Assembly: GCA_905067555.1 (NCBI GenBank)
Contig: CAJHIS010000002.1
Coordinates: 3,900 to 67,899 of the forward strand
Direction: 5' to 3'
From: Candidatus Argoarchaeum ethanivorans
Lineage (GTDB): Archaea; Halobacteriota; Methanosarcinia; Methanosarcinales; EX4572-44
Length of the DNA stretch: 64,000 bases
Below are positions 39,357 through 49,357 of this stretch, one piece after another. The first letter of the stretch is position 1; every line of letters begins with the position of its first letter. The position numbers and the translations under genes are program-made. A model generated the notes under the pieces. The model was given only the letters and a program-made list of their open reading frames with translations. It had not been told where the DNA came from and searched no databases.

Positions 39357-39539
39357 ATGTATCTAAAGAATGTTAGTATGAGAACTGGTGTTGATAGTAC
39401 TGATTACTCAGACGATGTGCTTGATGTTCAGCTTGGTATTAAAAAATATAAATGTCTTGATTGCGGAAATACTTTTAATGGCGCTGGGAAGACTGTTGTC
39501 TGCCCATCCTGCCATTCATCAAATGTAGTGCTAAAATGA
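39357..39539 (+). CDS. Small zinc-ribbon protein
   Basis: 60 aa with CLDCGN...CPSCHS. The true start may be the internal Met (MRTGVD). Confidence 0.5.
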   Translation: MYLKNVSMRTGVDSTDYSDDVLDVQLGIKKYKCLDCGNTFNGAGKTVVCPSCHSSNVVLK

Positions 39540-39576
39540 TGATTAAATGGAACCGGGAATCAATAGATAAATAACT

Positions 39577-39753
39577 ATGATGGCAGGTCAGTATGGAATT
39601 TGTGCCATCTGCGGAACAGTCGCACCGCTGCACACATGCCCACTTTGTGGCAGACTTGTATGTAGTAACTGCCTTACAGCAGAGGGGATATGCCTCTGGT
39701 GCAGCAGGGGCAGAATGATACAGCAATACAGGCTGAAAAATAGCGAATTCTAA
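39577..39753 (+). CDS. Small Cys-rich zinc-finger protein (58 aa)
   Basis: Hand translation gives MMAGQYGICAICGTVAPLHTCPLCGRLVCSNCLTAEGICLWCSRGRMIQQYRLKNSEF. It falls below the apparent length cutoff of the ORF track. Confidence 0.5.
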   Translation: MMAGQYGICAICGTVAPLHTCPLCGRLVCSNCLTAEGICLWCSRGRMIQQYRLKNSEF

Positions 39754-39905
39754 TTTTTTTAAACGTATAGGAAATTATAAACGCAACAACACTCTCTTGC
39801 TATTGAAATTCGATACATGACTTACTGTATTCGATTGCTGCATAATCGAGAGTTATTTTCACACACGAAGTGTGTGGTTCTGCACAACGAAGTTGTGCAG
39901 TTTTT
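39754..39905 (+). repeat. Composite repeat element: T7 run, cgtataggaaattataaac box, three stacked hairpins and a terminal T5 run (candidate sRNA gene or MITE-like element)
   Basis: Hairpins at 39830-39850 (type B), 39860-39876 (cacacacgaagtgtgtg) and 39881-39899 (type A), then ttttt. It is homologous to 32828-32925 and to 12863-12933. Confidence 0.8.
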
Positions 39906-39913
39906 GATATTAG

Positions 39914-40846
39914 TTACCATTCATTCGACAGATCATCCGGGTGTGACAGCAGTTCATTCACATACAGCGGTTTGTTTGTTTTAGCCATGTATAATCGCAC
40001 CCACCACAAAGTGGTTAATGGCTGAACGATGATTATAGAAACGAACGTGCTGATAAATCCTCCAACTTTTGGCACAGACCCAATAACCAGATTCGAGACA
40101 ATGGCTATTGCAACGGTAAAAATTAAGAGCAGTATCACATCAAGTTTGTGTGATACAAAAAACCCAAATCCTGTTTTAATAGCATCGATCGGGTGAAGGG
40201 ATTCGATTACTAATATGTATGGTGCAATAAAAAGAACAGTGATTACTATAACCATATATGTTATCCAGAGAAATATCCCGAGAATAAGAGTTCCTATACC
40301 GGCACCACCTTGACCACTAAACAGTGCAGGGGATAAAAGTGCTGCAGGTAATAGGAATACGATTCCAACAAGCAGAAACAAGCCGATTAAGATGTCTGTT
40401 AACAAAAGGCTGATAACGTGTTTTTTAGCATAGTTCATCATATCTGCAAAACCTGTGCTGCCTTTTTCTGTTGCTGCCTTTGCCATCTCGATTGCACCAG
40501 CTTTAAAAAACGTTCTGATAATGAATAAGCCGATAATGATAATTAAAAAAGATAGAATCAGATGAGCGATATATGGTTTGATCAGCAGCAAGAGAGAAGC
40601 AGCCCCCACTGCCGGCATCTCTTGACCCTCTGACATAGATCTACTGATTATCTGCACTCTGTCAAAAAATTGAGCGGTTGTATCAAATCCAATAACAAAT
40701 GCAACTGCAACGCCAACCATGCCTACAAACAGCATAGAAAAAAGAGAGTCCAGAATGAAAGGCAGTGCAATGTTTAGATTGTTCTTCCAGGTTTCAAAAC
40801 CCTTTTCAATGATTTTTCCGAATTCTTCACTCATACATCCACACAA
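39914..40846 (-). CDS. Polytopic membrane protein, unknown function
   Basis: 310 aa with at least 6 predicted TM segments. The likely start is MSEEFGK at 40834. Confidence 0.6.
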   Translation of the reverse strand: MCGCMSEEFGKIIEKGFETWKNNLNIALPFILDSLFSMLFVGMVGVAVAFVIGFDTTAQFFDRVQIISRSMSEGQEMPAVGAASLLLLIKPYIAHLILSFLIIIIGLFIIRTFFKAGAIEMAKAATEKGSTGFADMMNYAKKHVISLLLTDILIGLFLLVGIVFLLPAALLSPALFSGQGGAGIGTLILGIFLWITYMVIVITVLFIAPYILVIESLHPIDAIKTGFGFFVSHKLDVILLLIFTVAIAIVSNLVIGSVPKVGGFISTFVSIIIVQPLTTLWWVRLYMAKTNKPLYVNELLSHPDDLSNEW

Positions 40847-41007
40847 GCGATATTTAATAGAACCTTAACTCATCACTTATCCTTCTTAACACTTCTCCTT
40901 TCGTTAGCTGTTGGGCAAAATTCACCGATATCCCTGTGGCGACACATCGCCCATACCTACCCATAATACCTACCCATAGGTTTAATAGGCTTTTCGTGTA
41001 ATGATGC

Positions 41008-41565
41008 TTGTTTATGTGGCAGGAAATATCACGTTTCGGAAAAAAACTTGTTGATACAGGACTGGTAGGATCTTACTTTGGGAATATCAGCATTAGAGAG
41101 GGCAGCAAAATAATAATAACCAGGCACAACGTGCCACTTGATAAGATAACTGAAAACGAGGTGGTAGAAGTCGAGCTTGATAGCTCAACAGACATCAACA
41201 GCACCGCATCCTCTGAAACGATCGTTCATAGAAAAATATACCAGATGACTCCGGCACTTGCTATCATCCATGCTCATGCACCATTTGCAGTCATACAATC
41301 ACTTGTTGAATCAAGAGACCGCATAATCCCTGTTGATGTCGCAGGACAATTGGTTCTGCATGAAATACCTGTTGTACGTGGTGGCATAGGAAGTTTTGAA
41401 CTTGCAGTAAATGCCGGAACAGCACTTAAGGATTACAAGGGAATTATTATACACGGTCACGGAAGCTTTGCTGCTGGTGAAACACTCGAGGAAGCCTTTG
41501 CCATCACCACACAGGTAGAGTACAGCTGCAATATCAAGTACTATGTTGAGCTTGCAAAAAAATAA
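41008..41565 (+). CDS. Class II aldolase/adducin-family protein (fuculose-1-phosphate aldolase-like)
   Basis: 185 aa with GNISIR, SSETIVHRKIY and HAHAP motifs. Confidence 0.75.
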   Translation: MFMWQEISRFGKKLVDTGLVGSYFGNISIREGSKIIITRHNVPLDKITENEVVEVELDSSTDINSTASSETIVHRKIYQMTPALAIIHAHAPFAVIQSLVESRDRIIPVDVAGQLVLHEIPVVRGGIGSFELAVNAGTALKDYKGIIIHGHGSFAAGETLEEAFAITTQVEYSCNIKYYVELAKK

Positions 41566-41590
41566 AAAAAAATAGACACTTTCTAAAATC

Positions 41591-42523
41591 ATGATATTTG
41601 AAAAAATTCGTACAGTCCCTCGCTCCAATGAGCTTCTTGATAAAGCATTTCGCCGCGGAAGCCGTGCTAAAAATGGCAAGATTAGTTACAACACCAAGCG
41701 TGAAGCAGAGGCGTCGATGATTATGACAGCAGGTAATATCCTCTCAGATAATCTTGCTAACGTTGTGCGTGATTTTCCAAGCTTCAACGAGATTTCTCCA
41801 TTCTACAATGAGCTTGCCGATGTTATTGTTGGAGTGGATAAAATTAGAGTGAGTCTTTCGAGTATCCAGTGGGCAAGCAAAAAAATAAAAGAGATTTCAA
41901 GATCTAATATCAGCAAAATATATCACAAAGAAGACCCAAAACTCACACGCCAGTCTGCAATCGGACGAATGAGTTCTGTGGTGAATAGAATATCAAAAGA
42001 TCTTGAATTTTTAGATGAAACACGAAATAAGCTTCGGAAACTTCCGGATATACGAGACGAGCCAACCATTGTAGTGGCAGGGTATCCTAATGTTGGAAAA
42101 TCAAGTTTTGTGAAGATTGTATCAAGTGCTAATCCTGAAATAGCCACCTACCCTTTCACTACCAAGGGACTTCTGGTAGGACATTTCGCAAGGGATGGCA
42201 CACGCTACCAGATCGTTGATACACCTGGGTTATTTGATCGCCCATTAAAAGAACGAAACACGATAGAGCGTCAGGCAATCCTTGCACTTGCTCATCAATG
42301 TAATATCATCCTATTCATATTTGACCCGAGTGAAACCTGTGGATATGTGCTGGAAGAACAACAAAAGCTCCAAGAGGAACTGGTAAACACATTTAGCGCA
42401 CCAATAGTAACCGTGTACAACAAAAAAGATATGGTACAGAAGAATTATCCACTTTCCATGTCCACGCTTACAAAAGAAGGGACAGACGCCATACTGGAGC
42501 TTCTGATAGAAAAGATCAGTTGA
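41591..42523 (+). CDS. NOG1-family GTPase
   Basis: 310 aa with an N-terminal NOG1 helical domain, G1 GYPNVGKSS and G3 DTPG. Confidence 0.8.
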   Translation: MIFEKIRTVPRSNELLDKAFRRGSRAKNGKISYNTKREAEASMIMTAGNILSDNLANVVRDFPSFNEISPFYNELADVIVGVDKIRVSLSSIQWASKKIKEISRSNISKIYHKEDPKLTRQSAIGRMSSVVNRISKDLEFLDETRNKLRKLPDIRDEPTIVVAGYPNVGKSSFVKIVSSANPEIATYPFTTKGLLVGHFARDGTRYQIVDTPGLFDRPLKERNTIERQAILALAHQCNIILFIFDPSETCGYVLEEQQKLQEELVNTFSAPIVTVYNKKDMVQKNYPLSMSTLTKEGTDAILELLIEKIS

Positions 42524-42530
42524 ATAAACT

Positions 42531-43631
42531 TCAGGATATTACTTCTTGCAGGCGTCTTTGTTCGATAGCAAGTTTAATCTCTCGTGCGATGCGTCTTCCT
42601 GTTGACATGTTATCATAAAGTAAATCAGCATAAGGCGAGCCTGAAATAAAAAAATTTGTGCCAGCAACGATTCTTGCCGAAAGTTCAAACACCCTAAATT
42701 CAAGCTTATCGGTAAGCACTGTTTCAAGACAGAAGGGGCCAATCATGCCGCCAAAGAGTTTGATTGATTCTTCAACGACAGCCTCACCCATCTCAAAAAT
42801 CTTCGGCATCAGGGATTCACGTGCTACAAGGGGCATGTTTCCAGTCACAACAAAAGTAGGATTGATGCCTGATGATTCCAGTTCCTTTGGAGAGCCTAAC
42901 CTAAAAATCTCATCAGCATTGGATTCGACACGCCGATCCATGCTCAGCATCTCAAGAGTTCCGTTGCTCAACTGGTAGCCTTTTTTCACAATGGGCGAGT
43001 AAAAATAATGCAGGTAATACCTGGTTCCCAGAATAAACTCCTGGATCGTGTATGGTTGTGTGTTGTCTATCCCATCTTCAAACTCCTGGTGAGTTTTTGC
43101 AACAAAAAAACCCCTGCCGCCCTTTGCACCGTGATATTTTACCATCACCGGCCCTTTAATATCTAAAGGATCTGAAATTTTTCGCGGCATAGTAATTCCT
43201 GCACGCCCAAGCCATGTCCGCTGCTTTTCTCTATCAATTTCCCATTCAAGTACTCTGCGATTGCCAAAAGTCGGAACATCAAGCTTTTCAAAGTTCTTGT
43301 GTCCAAGATACTCAACAAGCGAACCATGAGGTATTAAAATAACGTTCTTTTCAGTTAATTCGTCAGCATGATTTAAAAAATCAGTATAAGAATCAACACA
43401 TAAAAACTCATCAGGCTTTGCCCTTGGAAAAGCATCATAAAAACGTGGTGCATTCCCTATACATAATCCCAATGTTTTAAACCCCTCGCGTCGTGCACCA
43501 TCAAAAATTTGAAGGCTGCTGTGAGAGCAAACCGTGGCAATGGTTACGTCACTCAGATCATAACCCCCAATCAATTCAGCAATTCTGTTCAAATCAATCA
43601 TAAAATTAACCCTATGATAACTATGTATCAC
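42531..43631 (-). CDS. purP: 5-formaminoimidazole-4-carboxamide ribonucleotide (FAICAR) synthetase PurP
   Basis: ATP-grasp protein with IATVCSHSSLQIFDGARREGF. The likely start is MIDLNR at 43601. Confidence 0.85.
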   Translation of the reverse strand: MIHSYHRVNFMIDLNRIAELIGGYDLSDVTIATVCSHSSLQIFDGARREGFKTLGLCIGNAPRFYDAFPRAKPDEFLCVDSYTDFLNHADELTEKNVILIPHGSLVEYLGHKNFEKLDVPTFGNRRVLEWEIDREKQRTWLGRAGITMPRKISDPLDIKGPVMVKYHGAKGGRGFFVAKTHQEFEDGIDNTQPYTIQEFILGTRYYLHYFYSPIVKKGYQLSNGTLEMLSMDRRVESNADEIFRLGSPKELESSGINPTFVVTGNMPLVARESLMPKIFEMGEAVVEESIKLFGGMIGPFCLETVLTDKLEFRVFELSARIVAGTNFFISGSPYADLLYDNMSTGRRIAREIKLAIEQRRLQEVIS

Positions 43632-43787
43632 TCCTATAAAACAACTGTGATAGTGTTTGTTTTAAGCCTTGATTACTGCCTAATCAAGAGTTATCTTAAT
43701 GTCGCAAGCATCAGAAAACCCAAACAGGGATTGAAACTACGAAGTATATGGCCGAGCCATTTAACACTTCCAAGCTAAAAATCAGAA

Positions 43788-43872
43788 CGCCGAGGAGGAG
43801 ATTTGAACTCCTGCGGGACGAAGTCCCACCGGTTTTCAAGACCGGCGCCGTAGGCCGCTTGGCTACCTCGGC
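43788..43872 (-). tRNA. tRNA-Ser(UGA)
   Basis: GCCGAGGTAGCCAAGCGGCCTACGGCGCCGGTCTTGAAAACCGGTGGGACTTCGTCCCGCAGGAGTTCAAATCTCCTCCTCGGCG is a class II tRNA with a long variable arm. Confidence 0.9.
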
Positions 43873-43875
43873 AGC

Positions 43876-44032
43876 TTTTTTAACGTATAGGAAAGTATAA
43901 ACGCAACCATGTTCTCTTACCTTGATTACTTCGTAATCAAGAATTGTTTTCTGTACAACGAAGTTGTACAGTGCTTCTCGCAATCGAGAATTAAAGGTTA
44001 TAGGTTATCTCTGCAAAGCGCAAGCTTTGCAG
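43876..44032. repeat. Composite repeat element (T-run, cgtataggaaagtataaac box, four hairpins)
   Basis: cttgattacttcgtaatcaag at 43921-43941; ctgtacaacgaagttgtacag at 43951-43971; a half type B hairpin at 43977-43988; ctgcaaagcgcaagctttgcag at 44011-44032. The linker aattaaaggtta matches 12831-12842. Confidence 0.85.
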
Positions 44033-44036
44033 TTTC

Positions 44037-44717
44037 TTAAGTAGCTGTTTTGATGTTGTTTTCGGTGTAGGTTTCTGTATATATTACCTCTGTAATATTA
44101 GTGTATTTGATAATCTCCTCAGCAAGCTTTCGTTTTGAGACAGCCCATTGTGGCATTTGAGATATTTTAATTGGTACATCCATGGTAGCTGTGCTGTTGT
44201 TTATGTCAACTCCAGGAGTTTCTTTGGTGTAAAGATGCATTAATCTTTTTATTTTTTCAAGTTCATCCTCGATTTTTTCTTCTATTTTGTACGTGTAATA
44301 CAGCGTTTCGTTTGATAATAGGTTATTAAAATCTACCTGCACCCGCCGCCCTATAACCCGGTGAACAGTGCCGTATTTTCCGTCTATCTGTACCATTGCC
44401 CCAACTTCTATTTTTTCTTTGAATTGGTTGATGTTGTAGCTTTTTATAAGCTCCGGGTCATATTCACCGAACCCCTTTTCTGGTGGTATGGAAACCGCTC
44501 CATTATAACCCACTTCTTTTCCAATTACATCTTCTTCAAGTCCTTCTAATGCATACCCTGCACCAACGATGATTATTTCTTCATTATAGGAATAGGCGTC
44601 GTCATATATGTCGTTGTCTCTGGCTATTTGCTCGTCTGTTGTGTCAAAGATTTCTCCATTTTCATCTTTAATTTGTCCTGTATAGGTTAGTTTGATAAAA
44701 TCACCTTTTTGAATCAT
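44037..44717 (-). CDS. FKBP-type peptidyl-prolyl cis-trans isomerase (long archaeal type)
   Basis: MIQKGDFIKLTYTG...GEIFDTT... with an IF-domain insert and a C-terminal domain. Confidence 0.85.
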   Translation of the reverse strand: MIQKGDFIKLTYTGQIKDENGEIFDTTDEQIARDNDIYDDAYSYNEEIIIVGAGYALEGLEEDVIGKEVGYNGAVSIPPEKGFGEYDPELIKSYNINQFKEKIEVGAMVQIDGKYGTVHRVIGRRVQVDFNNLLSNETLYYTYKIEEKIEDELEKIKRLMHLYTKETPGVDINNSTATMDVPIKISQMPQWAVSKRKLAEEIIKYTNITEVIYTETYTENNIKTAT

Positions 44718-44850
44718 AATACGATACCTCTCTTTGTTAGTGGTGGATTTACTATAAAAGTTTTGCTATGTTGGCAGAGCCACTATGCGTAGGAAAGTAT
44801 AAATACTACCCTACTGCGCAGCAAGCTCCACGTGAATGAACTTTGAGCAT

Positions 44851-45867
44851 CTACTTCATTATAGCTGCACATATTTCATCCACTTTATCTCTAAACTCGC
44901 TTTGTTCAATTCCAAGAAGATTTGCTAAGAACATCGCACCTCCGGCTCCAACACCATCTTTCACATCGCCAGCTTCATACATTCGTAATCCTTTAAACCT
45001 TGCTTTACTAAAACCAGGATCGCTAATATAAGCCCTGTAACCTAGCGTGGAGACGGTGTCTAAAAAGTTAGCGGTTTTATCTTCTGCAATGAATTTGGTG
45101 GTGGCTATAGCTATGTCCCCCTCGATGTCAAGGTGCTTGATTATTGCAAGTACTGCCATCATTTGTGTGCCTCCCGCGAGTATTGTATCCACACCAGACA
45201 ATCCCTTGACAAGTCCTACGACGGTTGGCATCATCGAATCCCCGAAGAGTTCTACTGCTTTTAGTGGATCGTCTTTCAAATCTCCAAAGAAGATGCTACT
45301 TTTATTCATCGCCTCGTCTACAACTTGATTTTTTATCTCGACCGGGTTCTTTGAAAAACTGCTGCTGACCATTGCATCATATCCAATTGCCCGAAGGACA
45401 CCAAGAGCAGTCGTGGTGCCACCAGGGACACTCTCACCAATAACAACAAAATCGAATGTTTTGCTGAGCTGTATTCCAAGCAGAAAGGATTGTTCGACTA
45501 TTGTAGCAGGACTATCAACTGCTCTCCCTGTTCTGATATCTGCCGATGGTGAAGCGCCAACATTTAACAACGGTATTTCAGGGCGTACCCGAAGTCCTGC
45601 ATCCACGAAAAGACATGGGACACCTGTAAGCTCCATAGATGCACGGGTGATTACTGCTGGCGTTGGGGTTTTATTTGTCATGGGTGGCTCATCAATGGAG
45701 TGGGTCGCACCAAACGTAACAATTTCAGCATCGCCGGCAGGTGTATACTCCGGAGTTCTCCCCGCACCTGAGATGCCCGGCACCTTGGCTATATCTGTTG
45801 TTGAAAGTACGCATAAAAATAAAGGTCTTTTTGGAGAATAATTGGAAGAAGGAACTGTCCAGTTCAT
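44851..45867 (-). CDS. cobT: UPF0284/TIGR00303 family protein (archaeal CobT-type NaMN:DMB phosphoribosyltransferase)
   Basis: 338 aa with VPGISGAGRTPE and GESVPGGTTTA. Confidence 0.7.
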   Translation of the reverse strand: MNWTVPSSNYSPKRPLFLCVLSTTDIAKVPGISGAGRTPEYTPAGDAEIVTFGATHSIDEPPMTNKTPTPAVITRASMELTGVPCLFVDAGLRVRPEIPLLNVGASPSADIRTGRAVDSPATIVEQSFLLGIQLSKTFDFVVIGESVPGGTTTALGVLRAIGYDAMVSSSFSKNPVEIKNQVVDEAMNKSSIFFGDLKDDPLKAVELFGDSMMPTVVGLVKGLSGVDTILAGGTQMMAVLAIIKHLDIEGDIAIATTKFIAEDKTANFLDTVSTLGYRAYISDPGFSKARFKGLRMYEAGDVKDGVGAGGAMFLANLLGIEQSEFRDKVDEICAAIMK

Positions 45868-46103
45868 AATATGATAGCAGTATCTTGTATCATATATAAA
45901 TTATGATGGCACTTGCGAATCATCTGGATGACACTGTATAAAAATCCGAGTGTTTTATCACCGCAGAGATTGCAAAGGGCGCAGAGTTTTAAGACCGTTC
46001 CAATCCTCGCTCTGGTTTTCTGATGCCTCTCTCGTTCTCAGCGTACTCTGCGGTAAAACTTGCAGATACAGTGATAACACTTGGATTTTCCGATTGCGTC
46101 TGC

Positions 46104-47198
46104 TTAACCTATTACACCGGTGGCTTCTGCAAGATTTATAGCAGCTTTTTCATTCAAACCCCTACTCAAAATGGTATAACGCTCAGGACGAATATTATGT
46201 GCATACAGGAGTGCCTGGATGATGTGTTCTTTTCTAATCCCAAGTTCAGAAGCAGTCGTGGGTGCACCAATCTGGGATAACGCATTCTTTATGCTTTGCC
46301 AGTCACCACCGTGCAAATACATCATCATAATAGTTCCAAGACCACACTGCTCACCATGAAGTCCTGAATCAGGTGCAATCCTTGAAAGGGCATGAGCAAA
46401 CTTGTGCTCAGAACCACTCGCGGGGCGACTTGAACCAGCAATACTCATAGCAACACCGCTTGACACCAGTGCCTTTATAACCATCCATGCCGACTCTTCG
46501 AGCCCGGGTTTGATTGAATCGCTGGAGTTCATTATAATCTGAGCCGTCATCGAAGACAGCGTGGATGCATACTCACTGAACGCCTCTCCACACAAGCGAT
46601 GTGCAAGCTCCCAATCCCGAACTGCAGTATAATTTGAAATAATATCAGCACATCCGGAAGCAAGAAGCCGATGCGGCGCTCCTGCAATTATCTTTGTATC
46701 AGCAACAACGGCAAGAGGGGATTTAGCCTCCACTGATACCATTTGCCCATTCCTGCTAACAGATGCAGTAGAAGATACAATGCCATCATGCGAAGCAGCG
46801 GTGGGTACACTGATAAATGGAATTGACAACGTCTTGGATACAACCTTTGCAACATCGATGGATTTACCGCCACCGATACCAAGTATAAAATTTGTTTTAA
46901 CTTCCATGCAAAAGTTTTCAACTTTTTTTATCTGTTCATCGCTTGCTTTATCAACTGCAACCGTGTGAACATTGTAGGATGAATCTTCGAGTACACTCTT
47001 TGCCTTGCTCCCAAAAATTTCTCTCGTGTTCTCGCCACTAACAATAACTGCAGTACCATCAAGCTTAAGTTCAATACAAACCTTAGCAAGATCGTTAATT
47101 ACACCATGCCCGAGGATTACACTTCTTGGCAGCTGCATCCATTTATGTTTATAATTAATATCCAATATCAGTACCTCATAAAACCATGCTTGACTCAA
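46104..47198 (-). CDS. egsA: sn-Glycerol-1-phosphate dehydrogenase
   Basis: Fe-ADH-fold protein with GIGGGKSIDVAK and G1PDH-like His residues. The likely true start is MQLPRSV at 47138. Confidence 0.85.
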   Translation of the reverse strand: MSQAWFYEVLILDINYKHKWMQLPRSVILGHGVINDLAKVCIELKLDGTAVIVSGENTREIFGSKAKSVLEDSSYNVHTVAVDKASDEQIKKVENFCMEVKTNFILGIGGGKSIDVAKVVSKTLSIPFISVPTAASHDGIVSSTASVSRNGQMVSVEAKSPLAVVADTKIIAGAPHRLLASGCADIISNYTAVRDWELAHRLCGEAFSEYASTLSSMTAQIIMNSSDSIKPGLEESAWMVIKALVSSGVAMSIAGSSRPASGSEHKFAHALSRIAPDSGLHGEQCGLGTIMMMYLHGGDWQSIKNALSQIGAPTTASELGIRKEHIIQALLYAHNIRPERYTILSRGLNEKAAINLAEATGVIG

Positions 47199-48022
47199 TT
47201 AAACAATTCATCTATACATACTATCTATCAGGCATCATCAACGATACCCCATATAATATCGTTGATACCATAACCTATGCTATAATACTTGGTATAAGTA
47301 TCTTTGCAGTCTTAAAACTATTGTCCTGCCTGAACGTAGATGTTGACAGAAAATTTATACTTGCAATCGTACCCTACATATTAGCAGGCTCAGCACTTCG
47401 AGTGATAAAAGATACAGGTCTTGTCCAGGCACCATGGAAATACATGCTGGTAACACCACCTATTTATTTTGTAGTATTCGCGGTAACAGTACTGCTGCTG
47501 GTACTATCGATAAAAATAGCTTCAAAAACACGCAACGATTATTATGTGATATTTGCAATACTTGGCGTCATTTGGTTTGCAGTAAACTTAACCATCCTTG
47601 TAACAATAAAAACACCAGAGAGACTGGATATTCCGCCGCTGATTATAATACTTGGAATAGCTGCAACAACTATTGTTTACCAGATAGCAAAAAAAATCAA
47701 TTTTCACTACTTGACAGATAAACTCAACATCAGTATTCTTGCAGCCCACCTGCTTGATGCGTCTTCAACTTTTGTTGGAATTGACATGTTAGGGTATTAC
47801 GAAAAACATGTAGTTCCAACATGGTTAATAAACCAGATAGGCACAGCAGCGGTGATGTATCCACTCAAACTTGGAATATTTATACCAGTAATATACCTTC
47901 TTGACACAGAATTCAAAGAAGAAAAGTACCACACACTCAAAAATCTCATCAAACTGGTAATACTTGTGCTTGGGTTATCTCCTGCTGTCAGAAATACATT
48001 GCGGATGACACTTTTGGTATAA
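47186..48022 (+). CDS. DUF63 family membrane protein
   Basis: 278 aa and polytopic, with an N terminus typical of DUF63. Confidence 0.6.
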   Translation: MLDSIKQFIYTYYLSGIINDTPYNIVDTITYAIILGISIFAVLKLLSCLNVDVDRKFILAIVPYILAGSALRVIKDTGLVQAPWKYMLVTPPIYFVVFAVTVLLLVLSIKIASKTRNDYYVIFAILGVIWFAVNLTILVTIKTPERLDIPPLIIILGIAATTIVYQIAKKINFHYLTDKLNISILAAHLLDASSTFVGIDMLGYYEKHVVPTWLINQIGTAAVMYPLKLGIFIPVIYLLDTEFKEEKYHTLKNLIKLVILVLGLSPAVRNTLRMTLLV

Positions 48023-48206
48023 ACGGGGGCTGTCAAATTAGCTTTAATATATATCATCTTTACTTTCCTCGTAACCAGGTCTCTTCATCGTATCCAAGCA
48101 CATTCATCGCGTGCTCGGCATGACCAGAAGCATGGCAATCACGAAGATAGTATGGCTTATCTCAGGTGCAATAGCAGTTCAATTTTAGTATTTTTATACT
48201 TCTTGC

Positions 48207-49199
48207 TCACAACCACCCTTTTCTGTTGAAGTATATCACCATACTTATTGACATAGTTGCCATTACCATTAAAATAAAGACATACCCATAAGGTAAATAG
48301 AGTTCTGGCATGTTCAATGGATTATCTGTTCCACCGCCCTGGAAATTCATGCCGTATATTCCAGTAACGAAGGTGAGAGGTATAAATATTGTTGCGATGA
48401 TTGTCAGCACTTTCATTATTTCATTCATTTTATTAGCTAAGGACGAGTGATAAACCTCAAGTGCCTCACCAGCATTTGCTCGTATATTCTCTATTGAATC
48501 CAGCAGAGAAACGGTGTGGTCGTAAACATCCCTGAAGTAAATCCTGGTTTCCGGTTTAATTAGCAGTGTATCGATTCTATTTAACTTGCTCACGGCATCC
48601 CGCTGCCCTCTGACGATGCTGTGAATATGTCTAACCTGCCTTATAAGTTGCCTGATCTTCTTCATACTTCGCCCAGTCGGGTTTTCGAGGATCTCTTCAT
48701 CAATCTCATCTATTTTATCCTCAAAATCTTCTATAACTGTGATGTAATTATCAACAACACCGTCCAATATCCTGTAAAGCAAAAAATCTTCTTTTCCCTT
48801 CAGTATAAATGGCTTTTTTCTTAGAATTTTCTCTTTTAACTCATCTATAATGTTTAATTGCTTTTCATGGATTGTTATCAGAACATACTTGCTGACAAAA
48901 ATGCTTAACTGCCTGGTTGAAATATCTCCTTCCACAACATTTATTGTCTTCGCAATGACGAATAGATACTCATCATAATCATCCACCTTGGGTCTTTCAT
49001 CCATCTGTACACTGTCTTCGATTGCTAAAGGATGGAATTCAAAGAGGTTTTTGAGTGGAGAAAGCTCTTTGATTGTCGGTTCAGTAATGTCTATCCAGAG
49101 CACAAAATTTTCTTCTTGCAGTGCAGGAATCTCTTCGAGTGATTTTAATTCGTAGATATGCTGCATCATATCCGAGTATTTAACCGCTGTAATCTTCAT
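48207..49199 (-). CDS. corA: Magnesium/cobalt transporter CorA
   Basis: 330 aa with the YGMNF (GMN) motif before the last TM segment. Confidence 0.9.
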   Translation of the reverse strand: MKITAVKYSDMMQHIYELKSLEEIPALQEENFVLWIDITEPTIKELSPLKNLFEFHPLAIEDSVQMDERPKVDDYDEYLFVIAKTINVVEGDISTRQLSIFVSKYVLITIHEKQLNIIDELKEKILRKKPFILKGKEDFLLYRILDGVVDNYITVIEDFEDKIDEIDEEILENPTGRSMKKIRQLIRQVRHIHSIVRGQRDAVSKLNRIDTLLIKPETRIYFRDVYDHTVSLLDSIENIRANAGEALEVYHSSLANKMNEIMKVLTIIATIFIPLTFVTGIYGMNFQGGGTDNPLNMPELYLPYGYVFILMVMATMSISMVIYFNRKGWL

Positions 49200-49357
49200 T
49201 TTTTATCATCAACGTTTTTTTCCGTTCCATATTCTGTAACAGCTTTAGCCTTACAAACGTCAAGACGTTTCTTTTTAGGAAGCAGCACAAGCATAGTTAA
49301 CATTAAGAATATCCAGAAAAAGCTTCCTGTATTTTCGATTACATCTCTATTTACCAT
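49196..49357 (-). CDS. Possible 53-aa single-TM peptide translationally coupled to corA
   Basis: Hand translation gives MVNRDVIENTGSFFWIFLMLTMLVLLPKKKRLDVCKAKAVTEYGTEKNVDDKK. Its TGA stop overlaps the corA ATG (ATGA). Confidence 0.3.
   Translation of the reverse strand: MVNRDVIENTGSFFWIFLMLTMLVLLPKKKRLDVCKAKAVTEYGTEKNVDDKK

Noticed and set aside
43711-43983. A 90-aa minus-strand ORF.
   Set aside because: It reads straight through tRNA-Ser(UGA) and the composite repeat, so it is an artefact.
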